Assembly: GCA_963740175.1 (NCBI GenBank)
Contig: CAVUDL010000006.1
Coordinates: forward strand, 31,067 to 95,066
From: an uncultured Gemmatimonadales bacterium
Lineage (GTDB): Bacteria > Gemmatimonadota > Gemmatimonadetes > Gemmatimonadales > GWC2-71-9
DNA length: 64,000 nt
Direction of reading: 5' to 3'
In this document: one piece after another, positions 49,293-62,501 of the stretch
Position numbering within the stretch: position 1 is the stretch's first letter
Layout of the letters: every line of letters begins with the position of its first letter
Notes under the pieces: model-generated
What the model saw: only the letters and a program-made list of their open reading frames with translations
Database searches by the model: none
What the model was told of the DNA's origin: nothing
Translations under genes and position numbers: made by a program

Positions 49293-50291
49293 CTAGCGGC
49301 ACCCCACCGGCATCTTCAAGACCAGCACGGGCGCGAGCGAGCCGCCGTCCTTCCGCGGATCGAACGGCCCGATCTGCGCATTGGCGACGTAGAAGAGCGT
49401 GTCTCCCACGATCGCGCCGGTGGTCGGGCCGCGAAAATCAGCGCGGCCGCGCTCCAGCTCGCGCACCCCCTCGGCGGATCCGCCTGCCACCCTGAATTCG
49501 ATCACCCTGGAAGGGTTCGCCATGTTCTGGATGCCGACGTATCCGGAACAGTTCGCATACAGGCCGTCGATCCGGCTCACTGCCGAATCGTTGGCCGCCC
49601 GCACGTCGGCTACCCGGCCGGAGGGGAGCGCGATCGTGAGCAGGCCCTGCCAGTAAGCCACCAGCAGCCCGCGCTCCTCCGGGAGGAAGGCGATGCCGTT
49701 GGGATAGGCGAACCGCTGGGGCGGGGCGCGGTGCAGCAACCGCAACTCCGACGCCTCGGGCGCGAGCGCCCATACCGCGCCTCCCTCGCTGTCGGTGAAG
49801 TACACGGTGCCATCCCGTCCCACCACGAGATCATTGAACAGGTGCGAGGCTCCGTCCTGGGGCGAAGACACTCGGCGCACCAGGCGGCCACTGGGGAGCT
49901 CCAGTGCGAAGACGATGCTGCGGTGGGTTTGGATTGTGTCGTCGGCGGGGGCGGGAACACGGGAGAAGGCGGTGCCCCAGAGCAGGTTGCGCCGGCTGTC
50001 GATCTTGAGCCCCAGCACCCGCGCGTCTATACCCGCCGCTTCCGCGAACGGCCGGATCGATCCGTCACGCCGCAGCTCGATCATGCCGTCCCGCTCCAGG
50101 TCACCGCCGAGGAAACGATGGCGCGGGGCATCGTACACGATGTTTTCCGGGATGACGCCTGCGCGGGTCAGCACGAACGCGGTGTCGCTGCGGCCCGCGG
50201 GGATGCCGTGTGAGCTCTGCCCCGTGGCCAGAGAAGGGTCGAGCCCGCACGCCAGGGCGAACAGGACGTAGCGGTGAACGCGATGCGGCAT
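49293..50291 (-). CDS. SMP-30/gluconolactonase/LRE-like beta-propeller protein, secreted
   Basis: Start at MPHRVHRYVLFALACG (50291). Contains FNDLVVGRDGTVYFTDS and YPNGIAF. The Arg/Pro-rich 160-aa upstream extension of ORF 49293..50771 is discarded. Confidence 0.6.
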   Translation of the reverse strand: MPHRVHRYVLFALACGLDPSLATGQSSHGIPAGRSDTAFVLTRAGVIPENIVYDAPRHRFLGGDLERDGMIELRRDGSIRPFAEAAGIDARVLGLKIDSRRNLLWGTAFSRVPAPADDTIQTHRSIVFALELPSGRLVRRVSSPQDGASHLFNDLVVGRDGTVYFTDSEGGAVWALAPEASELRLLHRAPPQRFAYPNGIAFLPEERGLLVAYWQGLLTIALPSGRVADVRAANDSAVSRIDGLYANCSGYVGIQNMANPSRVIEFRVAGGSAEGVRELERGRADFRGPTTGAIVGDTLFYVANAQIGPFDPRKDGGSLAPVLVLKMPVGCR

Positions 50292-50392
50292 CCGGCCAAG
50301 CTCCCTGTGAAGTGATTTCCGCTCTACGCGACGCCCAGCGGGGCGGTTTCGCGTAACTGTTCGCCCCTCCATTCCGTATATAGCTTGACGAG

Positions 50393-51076
50393 ATGACAAC
50401 GTCCGTGAGCGTCTATCTGGAGGAGGGGGCCAAGCGCACGTTTGCCGGCGCGCTCGACTGGCCGGGCTGGTGCCGCGCGGGGCGCAACGACACCGAGGCG
50501 GTGGCGGCATTGCTCGACTATGGCTCCAGGTATGCCTCTGTCCTGGCGAGCTCCGGGCTCGGCTTCGTCGCACCGAGGCACGTTGAACAGCTGGTCGTCG
50601 TCGAGCGTCTTCCCGGCACCGCATCGACCGACTTCGGTGTACCGGGCAAGGCGCCGGCGGCGGACCAGGAGCGATCGTGTGACTCTGCCACTGTTCGGCG
50701 TTTGGAGAAGATCCTGCGCGCGGGTTGGCAGGCATTCGACGCGGGAGTGGAGTCCGCCCGCGGCAAGACACTCTCGACCGGGCCCCGCGGCGGCGGGCGC
50801 ACAGTGGACGCGATCGTCAGACACGTCGTTGAAGCGGATCGGAGCTATCTCGGCGCCGTGGGCTGGAAAGGGATCAAGGCTGCGGCCCCGATCGAGGGGC
50901 TTAGCACGACCCGCGAAGCCATCCTCGCCGCCCTGAAGGCCTCCGCGGCCGGCAAGATTCCGCCCAAAGGTCCCCGGGGTGGCGCCCGGTGGACGGCGCG
51001 GTACTTCGTTCGGCGAGTCGCATGGCATGTAATCGCGCACCTATGGGAGATCCAGCGACGTACCGGAGTCACCTGA
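50393..51076 (+). CDS. Hypothetical protein, possible DinB-like helical-bundle C-terminal half
   Basis: 227-aa ORF. IVRHVVEADRSY and VAWHVIAHLWEI are reminiscent of the DinB/YfiT His pattern. This is a weak call. Confidence 0.4.
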   Translation: MTTSVSVYLEEGAKRTFAGALDWPGWCRAGRNDTEAVAALLDYGSRYASVLASSGLGFVAPRHVEQLVVVERLPGTASTDFGVPGKAPAADQERSCDSATVRRLEKILRAGWQAFDAGVESARGKTLSTGPRGGGRTVDAIVRHVVEADRSYLGAVGWKGIKAAAPIEGLSTTREAILAALKASAAGKIPPKGPRGGARWTARYFVRRVAWHVIAHLWEIQRRTGVT

Positions 51077-51078
51077 CC

Positions 51079-51573
51079 ATGTGCCGCATCCTCTCGGTCG
51101 TTCTCGCATCAGCCCTCGCGTGTGCCGACCCCTCGGCGCAGCAATCGTCATCCGCCGCAGACCGCCTCGAACTGCTTCGCCTGCACGAGCGCGCCCGGGC
51201 GGCGCATCTGCAACGCCGAGCCGATTGGCTGGTGGGTGAGTGGGCCGACACCATCTTCAGCGTCTCGCGAGGGGGCGTATCGATCGGAACCATGGAAAAT
51301 CGGGAGCGAGGTCGAGCCGGTTTTCAGGAGTACTTCGATGCCTCGACGTTTCAGGCCTGGGACGATATCGCGCCGCCCACGATCCACGTTTCCCCGGACG
51401 GGGAGATGGCGTACGTCATCGTCCAGAAGCGGGTCCACCTGACGGCACCCGACAGCACCGGCGCGACCGTTGCAGAGAAGACCCGGTACGCCTGGCTATC
51501 GGTTTACGAGAAGCAGAACGGCGAGTGGCGTCTCTCGGCGATCGCCTCGACCGACCGCCCGGATTCGCTGTAG
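51079..51573 (+). CDS. NTF2-like (SnoaL/DUF4440-type) protein, secreted
   Basis: Start at MCRILSVVLASALACA. WLSVYEKQNGEWRLSAIAST is the typical C-terminal strand pattern. Confidence 0.6.
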   Translation: MCRILSVVLASALACADPSAQQSSSAADRLELLRLHERARAAHLQRRADWLVGEWADTIFSVSRGGVSIGTMENRERGRAGFQEYFDASTFQAWDDIAPPTIHVSPDGEMAYVIVQKRVHLTAPDSTGATVAEKTRYAWLSVYEKQNGEWRLSAIASTDRPDSL

Positions 51574-51600
51574 GCGCGGGACGCCCTCATCGTCGGCAGG

Positions 51601-51885
51601 TCACTTCGAGACCACTCGCTTGAGGTGGTCACCTAGCCGGAGGGCCAATGCGACGATCGTCAACGTCGGGTTCGCGTACCCCCCACTGGGGAAGACCGAG
51701 CTGCCGGCGATAAACAGGTTCGATGTGCCATGGACCTGGCTGTTTTCATCTACCACCCCCTGCCGAGGATCCACGTGCATGCGGGTGGTTCCCATGTGAT
51801 GCAGGCCCGCTTCTCCTCCGCGAATTCGCCCGTCGTCGAGACTGGCTTTGCTCCTGATGAGGAGTTTCTTTTTCGCTTCCATCAA
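51601..51885 (-). pseudogene. C-terminal remnant of a GMC-family oxidoreductase
   Basis: Only the last 70 aa or so of the family are present (HHMGTTRMHVDPRQGVVDENSQVHGTSNLFIAGSSVFPSGGYANPTLTIVALALRLGDHL). The FAD-binding N-terminal 450 aa or so are absent. Confidence 0.7.
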
Positions 51886-51947
51886 CCATCAGAGGAAATG
51901 AGTGCCTGCCGATCTCATGCGCGCTGACCGAGCCGAGCTCGAGAAGA

Positions 51948-52187
51948 TTGTCCGGGCACAAGGCGCTGTTCAAGGGCATCTATGCGGGAAGCAGGAACCA
52001 GCTCACGCTCGAGGACGCCCGACTGCTGCGGCCCGAGGTCGCCCTGGTCCGGGTCCGCTCAGTATTGGATAACCCTCAGGGTCCGCTGGTAGGGCGGCAT
52101 AGCTCGCGGTTCTCGCTGGTGCTGACCAAGAAGGCTAACGGGTGGGAGATCGCGGCATTACACAACACGTTGGAGGCTGGCCGGTAG
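51948..52187 (+). pseudogene. C-terminal remnant of an SgcJ/EcaC-type NTF2-like protein
   Basis: ALFKGIYAGS...FSLVLTKKANGWEIAALHNT is the C-terminal half of the fold. A further piece (RAELEKIVRAQG) lies in another frame from about 51925, and no N-terminal part is present. Confidence 0.55.
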
Positions 52188-52190
52188 GGC

Positions 52191-52283
52191 GCACACCTCA
52201 TCCCGAATGCAACGAGCGATCTACTTAGCCGGCTACCGGAGCCAGTTAGGTAGATCCCTCGCTTCGCTCGGGATGAGGTGCTG
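52191..52283. repeat. 93-nt near-perfect palindromic element (TCATCCCGAGCGAAGCGAGGGATC family)
   Basis: Left arm gcacacctcatcccgaatgcaacgagcgatctac at 52191-52224, a 25-nt loop containing ccggctaccgg, and right arm gtagatccctcgcttcgctcgggatgaggtgctg at 52250-52283. About 27 of the 31 core positions pair. Confidence 0.85.
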
Positions 52284-52330
52284 TCTTCACCCCGCCTTAC
52301 CGCCCCCTCGCTCGATCGCTCGGGGCATGC

Positions 52331-52726
52331 TTACGGCCTTACCGCGGGCAACGTCACCGTACACCTGGTCTCGAATCCGCCCCGCACGTTGTACAGCGTG
52401 CTCACCTCCAGCATCTGCGGCTCCAGCAGCCTGAACAAGTCCTCCGCAATCCTGGCGGTAGCGTGCTCCTGGAAGATCCCCACGTTGCGATAGCTGGTGA
52501 CATAGTACTTGAGACTCTTGAGCTCCACGCAGCGATCCGACGGCGTGTAGCGAATGGTGAGCGTGGCGAAGTCGGGCAGGCCGCTGTAGGGGCAGACCGC
52601 GCTGAATTCCCGGGTCTCGGTGACGATCTCCTGGTCGGGCCCGGCGTATTCGAACGTCTCCAGCACCGCGGCGTCGATCGCCTCGGGGCCGACGAACGGG
52701 ATGGTCCTGCCTTCTGCGGTGGCCAT
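52331..52726 (-). CDS. queF: NADPH-dependent 7-cyano-7-deazaguanine reductase (type I)
   Basis: 131 aa with EFSAVCPYSGLPDFATLTIRY (catalytic Cys motif) and the E(S/L)KS-type motif VELKSLKYY. Confidence 0.85.
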   Translation of the reverse strand: MATAEGRTIPFVGPEAIDAAVLETFEYAGPDQEIVTETREFSAVCPYSGLPDFATLTIRYTPSDRCVELKSLKYYVTSYRNVGIFQEHATARIAEDLFRLLEPQMLEVSTLYNVRGGFETRCTVTLPAVRP

Positions 52727-52792
52727 GCGGGTTCCGGGTTTGGAGGTCGAATTAAAGATAAGCGGGACTAGGGCCTGCCCTGAGCCCGCGAA

Positions 52793-52855
52793 GGGACAAG
52801 CGTGAGCGGGAGCTGCAAACAGCTTACGCTTGTTCTAGTCCCGCTCACGCTTCTC
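52793..52855. repeat. Inverted GACAAGCGTGAGCGGGA repeats abutting the acyl-CoA dehydrogenase stop
   Basis: gggacaagcgtgagcggga at 52793-52811 and tcccgctcacgcttctc at 52839-52855 share a 14-bp perfect core aagcgtgagcggga. The inner mini-hairpin is agctg-caaa-cagct. The stop is at 52856. Confidence 0.85.
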
Positions 52856-54742
52856 TTACCTCTTCCCCGCCTCCCCCACCATTCCCGTCTCCAGCCACGT
52901 GTGCTCGTTCTTGATCACCTGCTGCGCCACCTCGTACGTCCGCACGTCGTCATTCTCGAACACAGCCGCGAACTTCTCTTCCACCCGGCGCCGGGCGTGA
53001 CGGCTGAATAGGTCAGCCAGCTTCACCGCCCCAATTTCTTCCTGCCCCGCTGCCCCGCTGCCCTTCTTTCGGCACATCGCAACCGCCCGCGCGCACGCCG
53101 CGGTGATCGCGAGCAGCTCGGCGCCGATCTCCACCAGCCGGCCCAACACCACCTGGCGCTTCTCCAGCTTGGGCCCGAACCGCACCATGCAATGGAACAG
53201 CGTCCGAGCCAGGCGCCGGCAGGAGCGGCTTACGAACCGCATATGCGTCGCCAGCGGCCCGAATTCGCCGTACCGCGGCGTCACCAATCCGGCCAGCCAG
53301 AGCTTGGGGTACCAGAAGGCATAGTAGGCACCCGAGCGCAGCAGCGCCTGGATCTTCTTCGAGGTCGGCGCCTTGGGATCGATCAGGTCGCCCGCCAGCT
53401 TGAGGTGGGTGTCCACCGCCTCGCGGGCGATGAACAGGCGCATGATCTCGCTCGATCCCTCGAAGATCAGGTTGATCCGGTAGTCGCGCATCATCCGCTC
53501 GACCGCATCCGGCCGCTCGCCTCGACTCCTGAGGCTGTCCGCGGTCTCGTAGCCGCGGCCGCCCTTGATCTGAAGCGTGTCGTCCACGATGCGCCAGCCG
53601 ATCTCGGTGTTCCACATCTTGGCCATGGCAGCCTCGAGCCGGATGTCGGCATCACCCCGGTCGGCCATCAGCGAAGCCAGGTCCGACACCGCCTCCATGG
53701 CGAAGATGTCGGCCGCCATCCGTCCCACCTTCTGGGCGATGGCGTCGTGCTTGCCGATCGGCTGGCCCCATTGCACCCGCTTGGCGGCCCACAGCCGCAC
53801 GATCTCCAGACAGCGCTTGGCGCCGGCCACCGCCGAGGCGGGGAGGGTCAGCCGCCCGGTGTTGAGGGTGATGAGGGCGAGCTTGAGTCCCTTGCCCTCG
53901 CCCCAGATGACGTTCTCCACCGGCACTTTCACGTTGGTGAAGCGGATGATGCCGTTCTCCAGCGCCTTCAGCCCCATGAAGTGGAGCCGCTGCACCACCT
54001 CGACGCCGGGCCAGTCGGCCTCGACGATGAACGCCGTGATCTTCTTCGTACCGGTGCGGGCCATCACCACCATCAGCTCGGCGATGGTGCCGTTGGTGCA
54101 CCAGAGCTTCTCGCCGTTGAGGATGTAGTGCTTGCCGTCGGGCGACAGGGTGGCCGTGGTGCTGAGCGCCGCAGGATCGGAGCCCACCTGGTTTTCGGTG
54201 AGCGCAAACGCCGACACCGCGCCCTTCGCCAGTCGGGGCAGATACTTCTTCTTCTGGGCCGGGGTGCCGAACAGCTTGAGCGGAGTGGGGACGCCGATCG
54301 ACTGGGCCGCGGAGAGCAGGGCGGTCAGGTTGCCGTCCTGGCTGGTCACCAGGCCGATGGCGTGGGTGTAGCTGTACTGGCTCAGCCCCAGGCCGCCGTA
54401 CTCGGTCGGGATTTTGATGCCGAACGCACCGATGTCACCCAGCTCTTTCACGATCTCGGGCGGGATCTTCCCGTCCCGGTCGATCTTGTCGCTGTCCACC
54501 CGCTGCTGCATGAACTTCTCGAGCCGCTCCATGAACGGCCTGGCCCGGGCGAGATCGGCCGGGTCGGGTTGGGGGAAAGGATGCACCAGGTCGAGCCGGA
54601 ACGAGCCCTCGAACAGCTCGCGCACGAAACTGGGCGATTCCCACTCCTTCTCGCGCGCCGCTTCGGCGACTTCGCGGGCCTCCTGCTCGGTGGCCAGAGG
54701 AGTATGCGCCGTCCGCTGGGGACCGCTGAGAACGTCAGTCAT
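52856..54742 (-). CDS. Long-form acyl-CoA dehydrogenase (VLCAD/FadE-like, about 628 aa)
   Basis: Start at MTDVLSGPQ. Contains ALTENQVGSDPAA, WCTNG and RGYETA, with a long C-terminal helical extension. TetR is the upstream neighbour, overlapping by 8 nt. Confidence 0.8.
   Translation of the reverse strand: MTDVLSGPQRTAHTPLATEQEAREVAEAAREKEWESPSFVRELFEGSFRLDLVHPFPQPDPADLARARPFMERLEKFMQQRVDSDKIDRDGKIPPEIVKELGDIGAFGIKIPTEYGGLGLSQYSYTHAIGLVTSQDGNLTALLSAAQSIGVPTPLKLFGTPAQKKKYLPRLAKGAVSAFALTENQVGSDPAALSTTATLSPDGKHYILNGEKLWCTNGTIAELMVVMARTGTKKITAFIVEADWPGVEVVQRLHFMGLKALENGIIRFTNVKVPVENVIWGEGKGLKLALITLNTGRLTLPASAVAGAKRCLEIVRLWAAKRVQWGQPIGKHDAIAQKVGRMAADIFAMEAVSDLASLMADRGDADIRLEAAMAKMWNTEIGWRIVDDTLQIKGGRGYETADSLRSRGERPDAVERMMRDYRINLIFEGSSEIMRLFIAREAVDTHLKLAGDLIDPKAPTSKKIQALLRSGAYYAFWYPKLWLAGLVTPRYGEFGPLATHMRFVSRSCRRLARTLFHCMVRFGPKLEKRQVVLGRLVEIGAELLAITAACARAVAMCRKKGSGAAGQEEIGAVKLADLFSRHARRRVEEKFAAVFENDDVRTYEVAQQVIKNEHTWLETGMVGEAGKR
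53042..53063. repeat. GCTGCCCC-type octamer repeat (2.5 copies) in frame inside the acyl-CoA dehydrogenase gene
   Basis: ctgccccgctgccccgctgccc, translated on the minus strand as KKGSGAAGQEE. Confidence 0.85.
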
Positions 54743-55421
54743 GGCTCGAATGCTCGGTTGAGGTTGTGGTGAGTGATGAACTACCGCGGAGTCCGTGCAA
54801 CACCAGTCCGATGACATGGCGCTTCCGCCGCTCCAGATCGCCCGGCTCTTCCACCCGGACGCCCACCGCGGGTGCAACCGTCCGCGAGTGAATCATGGGG
54901 AACCAGCAGAGCGAGATGATGCTGAGCAGGAGCTGTGCCGCCTCGCCTGACGGGGAGTCGTCAAGACCCAGCTCCGCGCTGATCGCCGCCAGTGCTTCCT
55001 GGCCGGCGGACAGATGACTCACGCCGTGGGGAAGCCGGCTCCCGCTGAGGGCCTCGCGCTCGATCAGCCGGACGAAGTTGGGACGGGCGGCGAGAAAGTC
55101 GAAGTAATCGGAGACGGCGCCGGCCAGGATGGTCTCGTGGCCCTCGTTGCTCGCCAGCGCCCGGGCTCGCCCGGCCCGCACCGCATCGCGCACCTCGGCG
55201 AAGCTGCGGTCCAGCACGGCCTGGTAGAGCTCGGATTTAGATCGGAAGAAATAGCCGGGGGTGCCGCGGGAGACGCCGGCCGCCGCACCCACCTGGGTCA
55301 GGCTGGTCGCGTCATACCCCTGCTCGGCAAATAGCCGCTCGGCGGCGTCGAGGATCGCCGCCCGGCTCCGCTCTGCATCGCGCACTTTCTCGGGATTGCT
55401 GGCCAATGGGGCCTCGCGCAA
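54735..55421 (-). CDS. TetR/AcrR-family transcriptional regulator
   Basis: N-terminal HTH ILDAAERLFAEQGYDATSLTQVGAAAGVSRGTPGYFFRSKSELY. Confidence 0.85.
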   Translation of the reverse strand: MREAPLASNPEKVRDAERSRAAILDAAERLFAEQGYDATSLTQVGAAAGVSRGTPGYFFRSKSELYQAVLDRSFAEVRDAVRAGRARALASNEGHETILAGAVSDYFDFLAARPNFVRLIEREALSGSRLPHGVSHLSAGQEALAAISAELGLDDSPSGEAAQLLLSIISLCWFPMIHSRTVAPAVGVRVEEPGDLERRKRHVIGLVLHGLRGSSSLTTTSTEHSSHD

Positions 55422-55521
55422 GGAGTTGCAGCTTGCTTGCTGTTCAGCAAGTTACGTAGGGCAACAAGGCCTGTCAATCCGGACCCGAGCGAGTCGGCGG
55501 GCATCGTAGTGGGTTCGACGG

Positions 55522-57195
55522 CTACACCGAAACCGGCTGCCTGGCGGCCTTATCCAGCCGGACCGTCAGCCGCTTTCCCTTGATTTTCGCGCTCCGAAGC
55601 GTGGCGATTACGCGGTCCGCCACCCGCTCGCTGACTTCGACCAGGGAGAAGCGGTCGGCGATCTCGATGGCGCCGATCTCCGTCGGCTCGATGCCGCCCT
55701 CGTTCACGATAGCCCCGACGAGGTCGGCAGGCCGCATATTGGACTTCCGTCCCCCACCTACATAGATCCGCACGAATCCGGCGCCGCCGGCGCGCTTCAC
55801 CTTCGTCTTCTTGCCGTCGGTCTTCGGGCCCTTCTCTTTCTCGCGGGGAGGCCGGACCTGGATCGTCGGGACCTCCGTTTCCTTCTCCGCGGGTCCAGCC
55901 GTAGCTGTGTGCGCCAGCTTCACCGCCGCGGCCGCCACATCCATGATCTCGAACTCATCCCCCAGCGACTCGATGACCACCCGATAGCCGTCGAGGTCGC
56001 CCGCCAATACCAGGTCCTGCAGCGATGCCCGGGTCAGATCCAGCTTGCGGGCATGCACATCGGTGACGGTCGGCACGGTGCCGATCTCGATCCGCTGCTT
56101 GGTCAGCTGCTCGATGTTGCGCAGAAGGCGATGCTCACGTGGCTCCACGAGCGTGATGGCGACGCCCTCCCGCCCCGCGCGCCCGGTCCGGCCGATCCGG
56201 TGCACGTACGCACCAGGCGAGGACGGGACGTCGAAGTTAACGACGTGGGAGAGCTGATCGATGTCGAGCCCCCGGGCGGCGACGTCTGTGGCGACCAGCA
56301 AGTCCACCGCGCCTCCCCGGGTGCGCTTCATGACCCGGTCCCGCTGGTCCTGCGTCATCCCACCATGAAGCGCTTCCGCCCGGTACCCGCGACCGGCTAG
56401 CGTCTCGGTCAGGGTGTCGACTTCGGTCCGAGTCCGGCAGAACACGACCGCAAGGGAGGGCGACTCCACGTCGAGCACGCGGCCCAGGGCAGTCACCTTC
56501 TGCGCGCGGGGCACGAGGTACGCCGTCTGCCGTACCTTGGGCCGCGCACCTGCCGGCCCCTTTTCCCGGGCGATCGACACTCGCACCGGCTGCCGCAGCT
56601 GGCGCTCGGCGATGCGCCCGATCCGCTGCGGCATAGTGGCGGAAAAGAGCGCGGTCTGCCGCTCGGCGGGCATCGCCTCGAGGATCAGGTCGATCTCCTC
56701 GGCGAACCCCATGTCGAGCATCTCGTCCGCCTCATCCAACACCACGGCCTTGAGGTCGGAGAGGACCAGGGTCCCACGCCGGAGGTGGTCGAGCGCTCGG
56801 CCGGGTGTGGCGACTACCACCTGCGTTCCGCGCCGGAGACCACGGATTTGCTGGTCGAAGGCCGCGCCGCCGTAGATCGGAAGCACCGTGGTCCCGAGCG
56901 GGCGGCCGTAGCGGTGAAAGGCCTCCGCCACTTGCATTGCAAGCTCCCGCGTGGGGACGAGCACGAGGATGGCTGGACGGGAAGGCTGGCTGGCTTCTGA
57001 TCCGTAGCGCTGGAGCAGAGGCAGAGCGAAGGCGGCGGTCTTCCCGGTCCCGGTGGCCGCCTGGCCGAGGAGATCCCGGCCGGAGAGCAGCGGCGGAATC
57101 GCCTCCTGCTGGATCGGCGTGGGCTCCTCGTATCCGAGCGCCGTGAGCGCCTCGACCAGCGCGGGACTCAGGCCCAGCTCGGCGAAGGTTGTCAT
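55522..57195 (-). CDS. deaD: DEAD-box ATP-dependent RNA helicase (DeaD/CsdA-like with DbpA-type C-terminal RNA-binding domain)
   Basis: F-x-ELGLS Q-motif region, AATGTGKT, DEADEML, SAT and HRIGRTGRAG. The C-terminal part reads FVRIYVGGGRKSNMRPADLVGAI. Confidence 0.85.
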   Translation of the reverse strand: MTTFAELGLSPALVEALTALGYEEPTPIQQEAIPPLLSGRDLLGQAATGTGKTAAFALPLLQRYGSEASQPSRPAILVLVPTRELAMQVAEAFHRYGRPLGTTVLPIYGGAAFDQQIRGLRRGTQVVVATPGRALDHLRRGTLVLSDLKAVVLDEADEMLDMGFAEEIDLILEAMPAERQTALFSATMPQRIGRIAERQLRQPVRVSIAREKGPAGARPKVRQTAYLVPRAQKVTALGRVLDVESPSLAVVFCRTRTEVDTLTETLAGRGYRAEALHGGMTQDQRDRVMKRTRGGAVDLLVATDVAARGLDIDQLSHVVNFDVPSSPGAYVHRIGRTGRAGREGVAITLVEPREHRLLRNIEQLTKQRIEIGTVPTVTDVHARKLDLTRASLQDLVLAGDLDGYRVVIESLGDEFEIMDVAAAAVKLAHTATAGPAEKETEVPTIQVRPPREKEKGPKTDGKKTKVKRAGGAGFVRIYVGGGRKSNMRPADLVGAIVNEGGIEPTEIGAIEIADRFSLVEVSERVADRVIATLRSAKIKGKRLTVRLDKAARQPVSV

Positions 57196-57228
57196 AGGGG
57201 GAATGTAGCAATGGACTCGGAGGCGCGT

Positions 57229-57286
57229 GACGGGAAGGATGCAGACGGTCCTTCCCGTCCTTCCCGTCCTTTTTCCCGCCTTCCCG

Positions 57287-57287
<1 letters not shown>
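57229..57287. repeat. Hairpin plus CCTTCCCGT-type 9-mer repeats abutting the gltB stop
   Basis: Perfect 11-bp stem gacgggaagga (57229-57239) / tccttcccgtc (57249-57259), followed by cttcccgtcctttttcccgccttcccgc up to the gltB stop at 57287-57289. Confidence 0.85.
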
Positions 57288-62011
<4,724 letters not shown>

Positions 62012-62252
62012 GGTGTCTCCTGAGTTGTCGTGGCCCAGCAGCCGGAGAGGCTGCATTCGAGGCCATAAAAAAGCCCGCTCCACATTGGGAGCAGGCCGGG
62101 GTTAACGCAGAGCACGCTAACTCACCCGGGCGCTCCCTTGGAGCGGACGAGATTGAGATTGCTGTTGAGATTGACGTTAGTGAGCGACGTGATCATGATG
62201 CATTATTATGCATCGCGGTGCATTCGTCAAGCGGGTGGGGACAGGGGGACAG

Positions 62253-62345
62253 AACTACATACCTGATCCCGAGCGAGCGAAGCGAGAGAGGGACCTTGAC
62301 ACTGTCACCAGAACCCCGTAGCCTCCTGATCCGGAGCGAGGCATA
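62253..62345. repeat. Two direct copies of the GATCCSGAGCGAG-type motif (same family as 52191-52283) in the gltB / leuA intergenic region
   Basis: cctgatcccgagcgagcgaagcgagagagggacc followed by cctcctgatccggagcgaggcataacc. Confidence 0.6.
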
Positions 62346-62383
62346 ACCTTACGCCCGGTCAACTTCCACAGAACGAAACACTC

Positions 62384-62473
62384 ATGCAGCTCGTTCTTCT
62401 CGTCGTCGTCCTCCTCAGCGTCCTGCTTACCGTCCTTATTGGTGAGCAAGAGGTCCACGGCGTGCCTGCATGA
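62384..62473 (+). promoter_or_regulatory. Leu/Val-rich 29-codon leader ORF of a putative leuA transcription attenuator
   Basis: atg cag ctc gtt ctt ctc gtc gtc gtc ctc ctc agc gtc ctg ctt acc gtc ctt att ggt gag caa gag gtc cac ggc gtg cct gca tga, giving MQLVLLVVVLLSVLLTVLIGEQEVHGVPA. Residues 3-19 contain 8 Leu, 6 Val and 1 Ile. The ORF is below the size cut-off of the ORF track. Confidence 0.6.
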
Positions 62474-62501
62474 GACAGTAAGTCTCGACCGATTCCCACT
62501 G

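Noticed and set aside
49293-50771. Full 492-aa version of the minus-strand ORF
   Set aside because: The first 160 aa are Arg/Pro/Ser-rich with no signal or domain and overlap the divergent gene region. The internal Met at 50291 is followed by a credible signal peptide and the beta-propeller domain.
52727-52855. preQ1 riboswitch upstream of queF (and upstream of queC at 37243-37257)
   Set aside because: The queF leader is occupied by the GCGTGAGCGG inverted repeats and shows nothing I can match to the compact preQ1-I/II consensus. queC starts 16 nt after the preceding gene, leaving no room. This was a check by eye only, not by covariance model.
53192-54772. 526-aa + strand ORF opposite the acyl-CoA dehydrogenase (likewise 57227..58174 and 60272..61663 opposite gltB, 12326..13522 opposite pntB, 35372..36559 and 36745..38163 opposite queE/queC/epimerase, 30497..31753 and 31228..32229 opposite the kinase/CGNR genes)
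   Set aside because: All are mirror-frame ORFs of well-supported genes. They are Arg/Gly/Pro/His-rich with no motifs, so I consider them GC-content artefacts.
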